The position numbers and the translations under genes were made by a program. From contig CAWCKY010000002.1 of the NCBI GenBank assembly GCA_963796275.1, forward strand, positions 384,001 to 448,000: a DNA stretch of 64,000 nt. Direction: 5' to 3'. The stretch comes from an uncultured Acidobacteriota bacterium. Lineage in GTDB: Bacteria; Acidobacteriota; Blastocatellia; RBC074. Below the pieces are notes generated by a model that worked only from the letters and a program-made list of their open reading frames with translations, did not search any database and had not been told where the DNA came from. Below, piece after piece: positions 11,053-21,851 of the stretch (position 1 is its first letter; every line of letters begins with the position of its first letter).

Positions 11053-11637
11053 TCATTTCGAAATATTTTGTCGGTGGGCGGACAATTCTCCACGCAGCGT
11101 GCGCCGCGCGCGGACCATCAGGGACTCCACGGCCTTGACCGAGAGGTTGAGACAGTGGGCCGCATCGGCATAACTCAACTCCTCGAAACAGCAGAGGATA
11201 AAGGCCATCCGCTGCCTCGGGGGAAGCTTGAGGACAGCGCGGAATATGGCACGTCTCTGTTCACGAAGTTCAAATGCGCGCGCCGGGTCATCGCCCGCGG
11301 GGATTTCAAACGGCGGATCGTCGAAATAATCCGGCCGTTTCTTCTTCAAATGGTTGAGACAGAGGTTGGTCAGGATCCGGAAGAACCATGTCTTGAATCT
11401 CGCATCCGAGCGGAATTGATGAGCGTTACGATATACTTGCAGGAAGGCCTCCTGCGCCATATCTTCGGCCTCGTGCTCATCACCGACGAAGCGCCGGGCC
11501 GCCCTCAACGCTGACTTCTGATAACGGCCGGCGAGAGCTTCAAACGCGTCGATGTCTCCCCGCTTGATAAGCGTGAGGAGTTGTTCGTCGGAAAAATCTA
11601 CATCAGTTGTCTGGCGCGTCGAAATCCCATCGGCCAT
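11053..11637 (-). CDS. ECF RNA polymerase sigma factor
   Basis: Sigma2 (AEDMAQEAFLQVY, FKTWFFRILTNLCLN) and sigma4 (LPPRQRMAFIL...LSYADAA...AVESLMVRARRTL). Confidence 0.92.
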   Translation of the reverse strand: MADGISTRQTTDVDFSDEQLLTLIKRGDIDAFEALAGRYQKSALRAARRFVGDEHEAEDMAQEAFLQVYRNAHQFRSDARFKTWFFRILTNLCLNHLKKKRPDYFDDPPFEIPAGDDPARAFELREQRRAIFRAVLKLPPRQRMAFILCCFEELSYADAAHCLNLSVKAVESLMVRARRTLRGELSAHRQNISK

Positions 11638-11759
11638 CGTGACGACCCCGTTCAGTGAACGAATTTCTATTCGGAACAGTGTAGCAATCCATACTAATGG
11701 CGGATTGCATATGTTCGTCTGAAAAAGCCCGCTGAAGTTGTTTGTAACATCGCTCTTTA

Positions 11760-14180
11760 TTATTTCCTGCTCGTGATTTTGAGCGTCTTCAAATTGGGAT
11801 CGGTCTTGATCTCTTGTTCCGTGAATAGAATGCGCCGCCACTTTTTGACGGAAAAGAGTTCCGTCTGATCGGAGTATAGCGGCGAAGCGGGATCGCCCGC
11901 TTGCGAATAGGTCAGGAAAGCCTGCCCGCGCGGGCCCTGCGCCGTATACTCCAGCGCCATCACGAAGCTGCTGCCGCGATTGATCGGATAACCGTCTTTC
12001 GTCAGGAATCGGCTACCCTTAACTCGCTCAAACGCGGGATCCGGTTCGAGCGTCGTTCCATTGGGGACATAGTTTACAAAATTAGCGATCCCGTCGTACG
12101 TGCTTTCACCACCGTGGATCGGGATGCGCCGGCCGCCGCGATCGCTGAATTGCACCTTGCCGAGCGGCGCATCGAGCGCGATGCCGGCTCCTTCCAGCAG
12201 TCGCACGGCGCGCGCCAGTTTTCTCAGGGACTCCGGCTCGCCCGGTTTGTCCGGCGTCAATGTATGCGGCGTGCCCACCGGATCGGCCGGATCGAATACG
12301 TGCTGAAAGAACGCGCCTTCCTTCTGCAATTCGGCGGACTGGTATTGCGTGATGAATTCGCGCCAGAGCACCGCGCCGGCGCGGTCGACCTCATAGCGAC
12401 CATCCCACGACGCGAGAATCCGGCAAGCCGGGCGCAGATCCACTGCCCGCCCATCGACCGTGACGGACGGCGTAGCCTCACAGCGTTCGACCAGTTGGTC
12501 GCGCGCAAGTTCCGCCGACAGGCTGCGATTGCTGAGGACGGCGGCGGCGAGTTCATCTAGCGTGAACTTGCCATCTTTGCCGGCCGGGCCGTCCGGACGG
12601 ACATCGTCGAGCAACAGGACGTTCATCCGCGTGCGCAACGAGCGCGCCGTGCCTTCGGGGCCCTGCAACGGAGAGAATCCAGTCAGCAACTGGTGCGGGT
12701 TGGCTAGCCAATAGCTGTCGTTTGCGTTGAAGACGAAATCCCTTCGCTCCAGTTGCGGCATCCGTGTATAAGGGAGCACCCCGTGACGCGTCGTAGGATC
12801 ATCGGCCCATTCAAATTGAGAATCGCTGCCGTCGAGTATAACCAGTCCGCGCGCCCACGCCGTTCGAGTGAGCGGGTCGCTTTCTCTGCGTTTAAGCCAG
12901 ACCGCCAGCGCAGAGGGTCGAACATTCGGAGTAGCCGCTGTATCGGCATACCACGTGCGCCCGTCAGCGCTGGCCGCAATCGTATTGACCCATGGCATGG
13001 CATTGTATTGTGCGTGCGCCTGTTTGAACTCTTCCAGGCTGCGCGCCCGATTCATCGCCAGCCACTGCGCTTGAGTCGAAGTATTATTGGCATTGGCATC
13101 GCGGATCGTCACCGCGCGTTTGGCCGTCCAACCGAATCCGGGCAGATTGAGGACCGGCCCGTAGTGGCTGAAAAAGATGCGCCGTTCGATCTGGTTGACG
13201 GCGCCGTCCGGCTGACGTACCGCCACGCTGACGACCTTGCTCGTCATCTCGCGCTCCTTGCCATCATAGAGATAATGGGTTGGATTACCCGGCGCTAGTT
13301 CGAGCGTATAAAGCGTAAAGCGTTGGCCCGCCGATACCGTGTGAGTCCAGGCCACCGCGCGATTGAAGCCGATCGCAACGCCCGGCATGCCCAGCAGGCC
13401 AACACCGTACACATCCAGTTGGCCGGGAATGACCAGATGCTTTTCCCAGAAGCGATTGGAGCCGACCCACGGATAATGCGGATTCGCTAGCAACATGCCG
13501 CCTCCGCTCGCCGACCGCTCCGCGCCGATCGCCCAACCGTTGCTGGCCTGCTCGTAATCGGGAATACTGACCCGCTCCACCCGCGTCGTTTCGTTCTTCG
13601 GCGGCGCCGCTGTCGCAATCATATCCGCGAAATTGATGCTGGTGATGACGATGCTCTGGTTATACGCCATCAAATCTTCCGCCGTAATCGGGACGACCCA
13701 TTCCTTGCCGCGACACCAACCAGCCACACCGTTCGCGCCGACTTCGCTCAGATAACGATTATAACCGGCGACGTAGCCCTCGATCATAGCGCGCTGCTCT
13801 TCGGGCATGGATTGAATCATCGAACGCGCCAATTCATAAATGCCGAGCGCGCGAAAGGCGATGTCGCTGTTGAGATGACGATTGTTTTCACCGGAGCCGA
13901 AAAAACGCGCGCGTTCTCCTCGGGCCCTCACGACCTGATCGGCGAGCGAACAGAGATGGTCCTGCGCAAACGCGTAGCCCTCGCCGAAGCCCAGACTCCC
14001 CATGTCTTCAGCCGTAATGTGCGGAATGCCGTGGCTGGTTCGGCGAATTTCAGCCGAGTAATGCGGCTTCGATTGCGAAGCGAATTCAGCCGCTAACAAT
14101 GAGACTAACAGCGTTAAACCACATAGTAACCCGATTGCAGACCAACTCCGTCCGAACGAAGCGAATCGAAACACGCGCAT
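11760..14180 (-). CDS. Penicillin/acyl-homoserine-lactone acylase (Ntn hydrolase, PvdQ/QuiP-like)
   Basis: Signal peptide; [18 protein letters not shown], beta-chain start [34 protein letters not shown]. Confidence 0.88.
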   Translation of the reverse strand: MRVFRFASFGRSWSAIGLLCGLTLLVSLLAAEFASQSKPHYSAEIRRTSHGIPHITAEDMGSLGFGEGYAFAQDHLCSLADQVVRARGERARFFGSGENNRHLNSDIAFRALGIYELARSMIQSMPEEQRAMIEGYVAGYNRYLSEVGANGVAGWCRGKEWVVPITAEDLMAYNQSIVITSINFADMIATAAPPKNETTRVERVSIPDYEQASNGWAIGAERSASGGGMLLANPHYPWVGSNRFWEKHLVIPGQLDVYGVGLLGMPGVAIGFNRAVAWTHTVSAGQRFTLYTLELAPGNPTHYLYDGKEREMTSKVVSVAVRQPDGAVNQIERRIFFSHYGPVLNLPGFGWTAKRAVTIRDANANNTSTQAQWLAMNRARSLEEFKQAHAQYNAMPWVNTIAASADGRTWYADTAATPNVRPSALAVWLKRRESDPLTRTAWARGLVILDGSDSQFEWADDPTTRHGVLPYTRMPQLERRDFVFNANDSYWLANPHQLLTGFSPLQGPEGTARSLRTRMNVLLLDDVRPDGPAGKDGKFTLDELAAAVLSNRSLSAELARDQLVERCEATPSVTVDGRAVDLRPACRILASWDGRYEVDRAGAVLWREFITQYQSAELQKEGAFFQHVFDPADPVGTPHTLTPDKPGEPESLRKLARAVRLLEGAGIALDAPLGKVQFSDRGGRRIPIHGGESTYDGIANFVNYVPNGTTLEPDPAFERVKGSRFLTKDGYPINRGSSFVMALEYTAQGPRGQAFLTYSQAGDPASPLYSDQTELFSVKKWRRILFTEQEIKTDPNLKTLKITSRK

Positions 14181-14506
14181 GTTGCAAGCCTCCTGCGGAA
14201 GAGTGAATTGTCTCGAAGGTGCTGTGGAATATAAACTACATGAGGGATTGCGGCAATCAGTCACCTCCCGCCACTAAGTTGCTTTGCAACTATGTGGGGC
14301 GAGTCGCAGTACGTAGCAGCGGCTCATTCAATGTGATAACTGCGGCAGGCACGGTCCAGGGAATCAGGCGCCTCTTCCTCGCAAAATAGATTTAATCAAC
14401 GCATCATCGTTTTTTTACCACTGTCAGCCCTGCATATCTCGTGCGCCATAGACAGATGTGACACTTTGATTTACAACTTAAACACATTTTTCCCGGAGGC
14501 AATCTG

Positions 14507-17458
14507 ATGTTCGCAATTCGATTTCTGCTGATCGCTTGGCTGGCGGCGCTCTGTTTTCTGCCCGCACCTGGCCAGGCCGATAAACAGGCGCTGGATGTGC
14601 GCGTGATGAGCTATAACATCCGCTATGGCACCGCACAGGACGGCGAAAACCATTGGGACAAACGCAAAGAGTTCCTGGTCGAGACGATTCGGGCATTCGG
14701 TCCTGATCTGCTGGGAACACAGGAGACACTCGGATTTCAGCGCGATTATCTGGCAGAGAAGCTGGCCGGGTATGAAGCTCTGGGCGTGGGGCGCGACGAC
14801 GGCGGCGCAACTGGCGAGATGACGGCGCTCTATTACAAAAGCGAACGGTTTGAGAAACTCGACGGCGGGCATTTCTGGTTGAGCGAGACGCCCGACAAGC
14901 CCGGCAGCAAAAGCTGGGATACGTCGTTGACGCGGATGGCGACCTGGGTCAAGTTGCGCGATCGACGCCAGCCGAATGCCAAGCCGCTGGTCTTTTTCAA
15001 CACGCACTTCGATCATCGCGGCCAGCAGGCGCGGCTGGAATCTGCCCGTCTATTGCGTCGTCGCGTCGCCGAGCTCTCTGCGCAATGCCGCGTCATCGTC
15101 ACGGGAGATTTCAACGCCGGGGAAGACAGCCCGCCGTACCGCGCGTTGTTTGGCGCGGAGGGCGATCTCGCCTCCCCGGTGCGCGACGCATATCGTCTTC
15201 AGCATCCTGAGCGGACGGCCGACGTGGGGACCTTTTCCAATTTCAAAGCCGGCTCGGTCAGCGGCCCGCGCATCGATTGGATCGGCGTTTCGGCGGAATG
15301 GCAGGTATTGGCAGCATCGATTGACCGCACCGAACGTGGTGGGCGGACCCCATCGGATCATTTTGCGGTGACGGCGATCCTGCGGCCAGACAATGCGTCT
15401 GCCGGCAGAAAAACCGCATCATCGTCAAATCTCTCCGGCCAGCCCGGGACCGATGCCCAAACGCCGGCGGAGCAGATGGCCGCCGATTACTTTCGCCGGC
15501 AGACGGCGCGCATCGCGGGGCGCCCGCTGGCCGACGTCCACACCCTGGCCGATTGGCAGGACAGGCGCGAAACCTATCGCCGGCAACTCTTCGAAATGCT
15601 CGGCCTGTCGCCGCTGCCGCCCAGGGGCGATTTGAAAGCCACACTTGTTGGCAAGGTCGATGCAGAAAAGTTCACCGTCGAAAAAATTCATTTCCAATCG
15701 CTGCCCGGACTTTATGTAACGGCCAATCTTTACCTGCCCAAAACGTTAAATGGCCCCGCCCCGACAGTTCTTTACCTGTGTGGTCATTTGCGGACGGTGA
15801 AGGGTGGGATCGCCTATGGAACCAAGGTTGGCTATCAACATCACCCCGCATGGCTGGCCGAGCACGGTTACGTCGCGTTGATCGTCGACACGCTGGAGAT
15901 GGGCGAGATCGAAGGCGAACATCACGGTACGCACCGGCGCGACATGTGGTGGTGGCCGACCAGGGGTTACACTCCGGCGGGCGTCGAGACGTGGAACGCA
16001 ATACGCGCGCTCGATTACCTGGCGACGCGGCCCGAGGTGGACATGAAACGCATCGGCGTGACGGGCCGCAGCGGCGGCGGTGCCTATACCTGGTTCCTGG
16101 CCGCCGTGGATGATCGGCCCTCCGTGCTGATCCCCGTGGCCGGAATCACGGATATGACCAATCACGTGGTGGATGGATGTATCGAGGGCCATTGTGACTG
16201 TATGTATCAAGTCAACACCTACGGGTGGGATTTCTCCTTGCTGGCGGCGCTCGCGGCGCCCCGGCCCCTGTTGCTTTCGAACAGCGACAAGGACAGAATC
16301 TTCCCGCTCGACGGAGTACAACGCATTCATCGCGACCTGAAGCGCATCTATAAACTCTATAACGCCGACGACAAACTCGGCCTCTTGATTACTGAAGGCC
16401 CGCACAGCGACACGCAGGACTTGCAAGTCCCGGCATTTCGCTGGCTGAATCGCTGGCTGAAAAAGGATATGGACTTGCTCTCCGAGCCTGCGCTCAAACG
16501 GTTCGAGGTGGAACAACTGCAAGTCTTCACTGCCCTGCCCACCGATCAGATCAATACACGAATCCACGAAACTTTTGTTTCAAAGGCTCCACCCGCCGCG
16601 CTTCCTTCAACGCGCCAGGAATGGCAGGCCACCGCCGTCCGCTGGTCTGCGGTGTTACGCGAGAAGGTCTTCAACAACTGGCCCGCGGCCGATCCGCGCC
16701 CTGCCGTGAAAGTCGTCTCCGATTCGGCGCACAACGGCGTGCGAGCGCGCCTGCTCGAATTCCAGCCGGATGAAGCTTATCGCTTGCAATTGGCCCTCCT
16801 GACGCATTCGCGACAAACGCCGGCCAGACTCGCCGTCCACGTTCTGGATGAGGAACGGTTGCGGGAATTGGCCGCATTAGGAATGCAGTATTTCCCCTCC
16901 CTTTTCACCTCCGAATATAACAATGGAACCGTCGGGGCAACCGGGGCAATCGGGACAATCGGGACAGACGGAGCAGCATTGCTGAAGCTGGTGCAAGAGG
17001 GGACGGCCATCGCACTGGTGCTACCCCGTGGCATAGGCCCCACCGCCTGGCCGAAAAAGAGAGAGACTCACATCCGGCGGCGCTTCCTGCTGCTGGGGCA
17101 GAGCCTCGAAACTATACAGGTGTGGGATACGCGCTCAGCGCTTGCCGCCTTGCGCACGCTTCCGCAGTTGAGCAGGCTGCCGGTGTCGCTTCGCGGTTCT
17201 CGGACGATGGGAGTGGTCGCGCTCTTTGCAGCTCTATTCGAAGATAGCGTCAACCACCTGGAATTGGAGCGAATACCCGCGACGCTGGCTCATGGCCCAT
17301 CATTCCCGAATGTCTTGCGCTTTTTTGATCTGCCGCAACTCATGGCGCTTGCCTTACCACGCGATATCATCCTGACCGGCGCCGATTCCCACGACTGGGA
17401 GTGGAGTTTAAACGCCGCGAAGCTTTTGGAAGGAAAAATCGCGCTTTCACAAGAATAG
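14507..17458 (+). CDS. Secreted fusion: EEP (endonuclease/exonuclease/phosphatase) domain plus alpha/beta hydrolase (acetylxylan-esterase-like)
   Basis: EEP motifs SYNIR, GTQE, NTHFDH, GDFN, RID, SDH; then GVTGRSGGG nucleophile elbow, HCDC and DRIFP. Confidence 0.8.
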   Translation: MFAIRFLLIAWLAALCFLPAPGQADKQALDVRVMSYNIRYGTAQDGENHWDKRKEFLVETIRAFGPDLLGTQETLGFQRDYLAEKLAGYEALGVGRDDGGATGEMTALYYKSERFEKLDGGHFWLSETPDKPGSKSWDTSLTRMATWVKLRDRRQPNAKPLVFFNTHFDHRGQQARLESARLLRRRVAELSAQCRVIVTGDFNAGEDSPPYRALFGAEGDLASPVRDAYRLQHPERTADVGTFSNFKAGSVSGPRIDWIGVSAEWQVLAASIDRTERGGRTPSDHFAVTAILRPDNASAGRKTASSSNLSGQPGTDAQTPAEQMAADYFRRQTARIAGRPLADVHTLADWQDRRETYRRQLFEMLGLSPLPPRGDLKATLVGKVDAEKFTVEKIHFQSLPGLYVTANLYLPKTLNGPAPTVLYLCGHLRTVKGGIAYGTKVGYQHHPAWLAEHGYVALIVDTLEMGEIEGEHHGTHRRDMWWWPTRGYTPAGVETWNAIRALDYLATRPEVDMKRIGVTGRSGGGAYTWFLAAVDDRPSVLIPVAGITDMTNHVVDGCIEGHCDCMYQVNTYGWDFSLLAALAAPRPLLLSNSDKDRIFPLDGVQRIHRDLKRIYKLYNADDKLGLLITEGPHSDTQDLQVPAFRWLNRWLKKDMDLLSEPALKRFEVEQLQVFTALPTDQINTRIHETFVSKAPPAALPSTRQEWQATAVRWSAVLREKVFNNWPAADPRPAVKVVSDSAHNGVRARLLEFQPDEAYRLQLALLTHSRQTPARLAVHVLDEERLRELAALGMQYFPSLFTSEYNNGTVGATGAIGTIGTDGAALLKLVQEGTAIALVLPRGIGPTAWPKKRETHIRRRFLLLGQSLETIQVWDTRSALAALRTLPQLSRLPVSLRGSRTMGVVALFAALFEDSVNHLELERIPATLAHGPSFPNVLRFFDLPQLMALALPRDIILTGADSHDWEWSLNAAKLLEGKIALSQE
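16931..16975 (+). repeat. In-frame 9-nt tandem repeat (nnCGGGGCA / nnCGGGACA, five units)
   Basis: gtcggggca accggggca atcgggaca atcgggaca gacggagca, encoding VGATGAIGTIGTDGA. Confidence 0.75.
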
Positions 17459-17597
17459 AAATCATCTAATTTATGATGCATTCCAGTAACCGGTTTGCTT
17501 GACTTCACAAGTGGTTCAACCGCCAATCCAGGCGGCTGATATACGGATGGTGCGCAGTTTATAGTCGGTACATCACCAATTTGCAGAAAGGGAGAGT

Positions 17598-18941
17598 ATG
17601 AGCTTCCAAATAACACGACGAAATTTCCTCGGAACCGTCGCAGCCGTTGGAGTAGCCAGCGGATCGATCCCCGCTCGGAATATTGATAAAAAGCCCGCGT
17701 TGCTGGGCGGTCCAGCTACGCGGACGGAGTCCTTTCCGTCCTGGCCGAAGTTCGACAACATCGAAGTGAAGGCGCTTACCGATGTTCTGCGCAGCGGCAA
17801 ATGGTTCCGCGGCAACGGTCAGCATGTGAACCGTTTCGAAGAGGCATATGCGAAATTTATGGGCGCGAAACATTGTCTGGCGACGGCCAATGGAACCAGC
17901 GCGCTGCTCGTTTCGCTGGCTGCGCTGGATATCGGGCCGGGCGATGAAGTGATCGTTCCTCCCTACACGTTTGTAGCCACCATCAACGTGATTCTGGCGC
18001 GGTACGCGCTGCCGATCTTCGTGGATACCGATCCGGAGACATTCCAGATAGACGCCCGCAGGATCGATGCGGCTATTACAGGGCGGACGGTCGCCATTAT
18101 GCCGGTGCATCTGGGCGGTGGCGCTGCGGATATGGATACGATCCTGGCTGTCGCGCGCAAACACAAGCTGCCGATCATCGAAGACGCCTGCCAATCGCAT
18201 CTGGCAGAATGGCGCGGCCGCCGCGTGGGAACACTCGGTACGGCCGGCTGTTTCAGCTTTCAGGCCAGTAAAAATCTGAACTCCGGCGAAGGCGGCGCGG
18301 TCCTCACCGACGATGAAGCTCTGCTCGAAAAATGCTTCGCATTTCATAACAACAGCCGCGGCAGAAGGACGGCGGGTTCTGACTTCTCCTACGCGGGTTC
18401 GGGTCTCAACCTGCGCCTGACTGAATTTCAGGCCGCGCTGCTGCTGGCACAGATGGCCCGGCTGGAGGCGCTGGCGAAACAGCGAGAACAGAACGCGCAG
18501 TATCTGACCGCTTTGCTGCGCGAGATTCCCGGTATCCTGCCCGCACGGACGGATGAAGGCTGCACGCGCAATGCGTATCACCTATACATGCTCCGCTATC
18601 GGAAGGAGCATTTCTCCGGTCTACCGCGCGCCACTTTTTTGAAGGCGCTGCGGGCTGAAGGCATTCCGGCATCCGGCGGTTATGCGCCGCTCAACAGAGA
18701 GCCATATCTCAAAAGCACGCTCAACTCGCGCGGTTATCAGGCCATTTACACCAAAGAACGGATCGCCAGTTGGGAGGAGCGGAATCGGTGTCCTGAGAAT
18801 GATAAGTTATGCGAAGAGGGTGTCTGGTTTACGCAGAATATGCTGCTCGGGGCGCGCCGCGATATGGAACAGATCGCCGAGGCTATCAGAAAGATTCAGA
18901 CGCATGCCGGCGGGCTAATAGCGTTGCCAGGGAGGAATTGA
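17598..18941 (+). CDS. DegT/DnrJ/EryC1/StrS PLP aminotransferase with Tat signal
   Basis: TRRNFL Tat motif; [35 protein letters not shown]. Confidence 0.88.
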   Translation: MSFQITRRNFLGTVAAVGVASGSIPARNIDKKPALLGGPATRTESFPSWPKFDNIEVKALTDVLRSGKWFRGNGQHVNRFEEAYAKFMGAKHCLATANGTSALLVSLAALDIGPGDEVIVPPYTFVATINVILARYALPIFVDTDPETFQIDARRIDAAITGRTVAIMPVHLGGGAADMDTILAVARKHKLPIIEDACQSHLAEWRGRRVGTLGTAGCFSFQASKNLNSGEGGAVLTDDEALLEKCFAFHNNSRGRRTAGSDFSYAGSGLNLRLTEFQAALLLAQMARLEALAKQREQNAQYLTALLREIPGILPARTDEGCTRNAYHLYMLRYRKEHFSGLPRATFLKALRAEGIPASGGYAPLNREPYLKSTLNSRGYQAIYTKERIASWEERNRCPENDKLCEEGVWFTQNMLLGARRDMEQIAEAIRKIQTHAGGLIALPGRN

Positions 18942-19020
18942 CATTTTTCCATCGCGATCGATGCGAGATGAATTAACCGGTTTCCGCCTGATGCTTAACC
19001 GATAACGAAGAGGTTGAACG

Positions 19021-19710
19021 ATGAGCCAGTCGGCATTTGTGCTCGAAGTGATCGCCTGCACTGTGGAGGACGCAATTGAGGCGGAAAAAGGTGGCGCCAA
19101 CCGTTTAGAGGTGATCAGCCATTTTGAGCGCGGGGGATTGACGCCATCGCTGGAACTGGTGCGAGCGATGCAAACTGCCGTACGGCTTCCGCTCCGCGTT
19201 ATGCTGCGTGAGAGTGATGGTTATCAAGTTGCGGGCAATGACGAAATCTCGAGACTATGCAGCGTGGCGCGTGAATTAGCGGCCATGCGCGTTGATGGTA
19301 TAGTGCTCGGCTTTCTGCGCGACGGAAAAGCCGATATCGAATTGATAAAACTGATCCTCGACAGCGCGCCGACGTTGAAAGCCACCTTTCATCGTGCTTT
19401 CGACGAAACCAATGATAGATTTGAGACGCTCGCGGAGCTCAGCCAATGCAGTCAGATCGATCGCATACTCACCAGCGGCGGGCCGGGAGTTTGGACAGAT
19501 AAGATCGAAAGGCTTGTGCTCTATCAGCAGGCCACAGAAGGGCATCCTATCATCCTGGTCGGGGGCGGGGTTGATGTTTCAGTTATCAAAGCCGTCCGTT
19601 CAAAAACCGATCTGGCCGAGTTTCATATCGGCAGAGCCGCCCGTGTTCCGGCCGACTTCAATGGTCTGGTTCAAGCTGAACGCGTGAAAGAATTCCAGGC
19701 CTGCATTTAA
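19021..19710 (+). CDS. cutC: Copper homeostasis protein CutC
   Basis: GGANRLE, GGLTPS, VMLR, TFHRAFD, RILTSGG, EFH. Confidence 0.88.
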   Translation: MSQSAFVLEVIACTVEDAIEAEKGGANRLEVISHFERGGLTPSLELVRAMQTAVRLPLRVMLRESDGYQVAGNDEISRLCSVARELAAMRVDGIVLGFLRDGKADIELIKLILDSAPTLKATFHRAFDETNDRFETLAELSQCSQIDRILTSGGPGVWTDKIERLVLYQQATEGHPIILVGGGVDVSVIKAVRSKTDLAEFHIGRAARVPADFNGLVQAERVKEFQACI

Positions 19711-19932
19711 AGAGCTTTTCATTCGGTGTAGATGACGGCGATATACAGAGAGTATCCTGAAATAGAACTTTAACTGCTTTTGATTCGTACGCGGTATTAT
19801 CAAATTTCCTGTAATCCATCGTCAGCGGAGGTTATGTTCTGTCCACAGGTGTGGTTATGAGGTTTCATCGGAGCGTAGTCGATTTTGTACTCAGTGCCGA
19901 TTTCCCACAGCGTAACTTAAGACACGACAGAG

Positions 19933-20190
19933 TTATTCGAACAAAGGGCAACGCGCGATCCCGATGTTCCATTTCGTTGGCGCGTCTCCGGCAAATAGGT
20001 GCTTCTGTGCCGGAAGCGGCGCATCTAAGGACTTGACCCACTTCAACAAATCATCGAGCAGTTCATCACGTTTCGCCGTATGTTCATTGACCAGGTTCTT
20101 CCGTTCTCCGCTATCCGCCTCGATGTTGTACAACTCAATCGCATTGCTCGTCGCAATCTTTTGGCGTCCGCCATCACGCTGCCATTCCAC
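19933..20190 (-). pseudogene. Orphan C-terminal fragment of an arylsulfatase-family gene
   Basis: ELYNIEADSGERKNL...KRDELLDDLLKW...APLP matches a typical sulfatase C-terminus. No CxPxR catalytic N-terminus is present upstream. Confidence 0.6.
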
Positions 20191-20250
20191 GTGATATGGT
20201 TCGTCCCGTGCCATACAAACCAACTAAATAGAACAAAATACTACACAGAT

Positions 20251-20309
20251 CCTAACTTTCGATAGGTAGTCAGCTTGACATATTTTCCTATAGCCTAACT
20301 TTTGCTAGG
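20251..20309. promoter_or_regulatory. Paired CCTA-N8-TAGG operator boxes
   Basis: CCTAACTTTCGATAGG (20251-20266) and CCTAACTTTTGCTAGG (20294-20309) flank TTGACA (20275-20280). Confidence 0.55.
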
Positions 20310-20428
20310 CGACGACCTCATCAAGTCCTGCTACGTTACCGCAATCCATTAAATTTTAGTTTTTGATGCGTTTAATCGGGGATCGCCCACAAAGAATCAG
20401 TTCAAACAACTTTTAGAAGGAGAACAAT

Positions 20429-21349
20429 ATGCGGAAATGGCTGGCTACAATATTGGTCATAGGTTCATTCTCGGCCTCACCAGCTTCGGGTCTTGTGCAG
20501 CAGAGCTGTCCTCCCAATCTTTTGGGACCTGGAGACTATACCTTCACCGTGCTGTCCGGGGGTCGTTCTCGAGCTTACGATTTACATGTTCCTAACGGCA
20601 TCAGCAGTTCCAGTCCCCGGCCCCTGGTGATCGATATTCACGGTTTTACCCAGACCAAGGAAGATCAGGCAAGGCGAACCGATTTCAAGGCACTTTCTGA
20701 TACCAATGGTTATCTGGTCGCCTATCCGCAGGGTATCGACAACCAGTGGAATGCTGGCGATGCGATATTTCTCGGTGACCCCACCATTGATGACGTGGCG
20801 TTCATGCGAGCATTGGTTGCGGATGTCGACGGTAAGGTTCGCATCGACCACTCCCGCATCTATGCCACCGGACACTCGAATGGGTCGATGCTCAGCCACC
20901 GAATCGCTTGCGAAGCAGCCGATCTGTTTGCCGGAGTTGCGGGAATGGCTGGCGGTTTGCAATTCAGAAATTTCGGCGACTGCCGTCCATCCCGCCCGAT
21001 CTCGGTTAAGATGTACCATGGACGCTATGACACCATAGTTCCATACAATGGCGGCGGAACTGTCGGGTTCAGGCCAATACGCGATACATTCAATTTCTGG
21101 AGAGCGACCAATCAGTGTTCAGGCTCTCCACAGGTTACCAGAATTGGCCTGAATACATGTGAGACCTATACCAACTGCGCAAATGGAACTCAGGTCTCAC
21201 TCTGCAGTATGGCCGCGATGCACATCAACATTTACGACATCAATTCCTTGAATGTCTCATCAAACGCCGTGTCGTTCTTTCAACGATTCCGCTTGCCCTT
21301 GCCTGATGCGGATGTAGACGGAATTCCCGACATAGACGAATGCAACTAA
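20429..21349 (+). CDS. Secreted PHB-depolymerase/LpqP-type esterase
   Basis: Signal peptide; DIHGF, YPQG, DDVAF, GHSNG nucleophile, HGRYD; acidic tail DADVDGIPD. Confidence 0.82.
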   Translation: MRKWLATILVIGSFSASPASGLVQQSCPPNLLGPGDYTFTVLSGGRSRAYDLHVPNGISSSSPRPLVIDIHGFTQTKEDQARRTDFKALSDTNGYLVAYPQGIDNQWNAGDAIFLGDPTIDDVAFMRALVADVDGKVRIDHSRIYATGHSNGSMLSHRIACEAADLFAGVAGMAGGLQFRNFGDCRPSRPISVKMYHGRYDTIVPYNGGGTVGFRPIRDTFNFWRATNQCSGSPQVTRIGLNTCETYTNCANGTQVSLCSMAAMHINIYDINSLNVSSNAVSFFQRFRLPLPDADVDGIPDIDECN

Positions 21350-21361
21350 GCGCCTAAATCA

Positions 21362-21502
21362 ACGGGGCAACGTTGGGGCAGCAGGGAGACAGTTGCGGCG
21401 GCACGAATGATCAGGAGGTTTATCCAGCCGCCGCAATTCCTGAGGGCCTCACGTTGCCCTCTCCCCGTGCCCACCTCCCGTGCCCCACCTCCGGTGCCCC
21501 GT
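21362..21502. repeat. GC-rich nested hairpin with CGGGGCA/TGCCCCG arms
   Basis: Pairings ACGGGGCA/TGCCCCGT, GGGCAACGT/ACGTTGCCC and TTGCGGCGGC/GCCGCCGCAA; tandem GTGCCC(C)ACCTCC units on the right side. Confidence 0.55.
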
Positions 21503-21851
21503 ACCTTTGTTCCCTAACCGATCACAATCAAAGTTTAATCCGCAGACCTGACTGGGATTGCGTCAGGCCCGTCAATCTCGCCTTAGCTACCAGAATTTTC
21601 CTCACTTTAAGACTCATTAACCGTGGATATAGCTGAAAGCTTTTTTGATCTTGGCTAAGCCCAGTAAAACGATGATAATCGGAAATCTGGTCGTCGAGCT
21701 GACACAGGTCCGATTTAACGATATGAAGCGTAGACTCTATCGAGAAGAGACCATGCAGCATTGGGAAAAACTTTTTAACCTTTGATTTTTATTTGTTAGG
21801 GAGACTCTACTTCTCAATTGTGCCCCACCATAACCTCAGGAGGTGTGGTAT

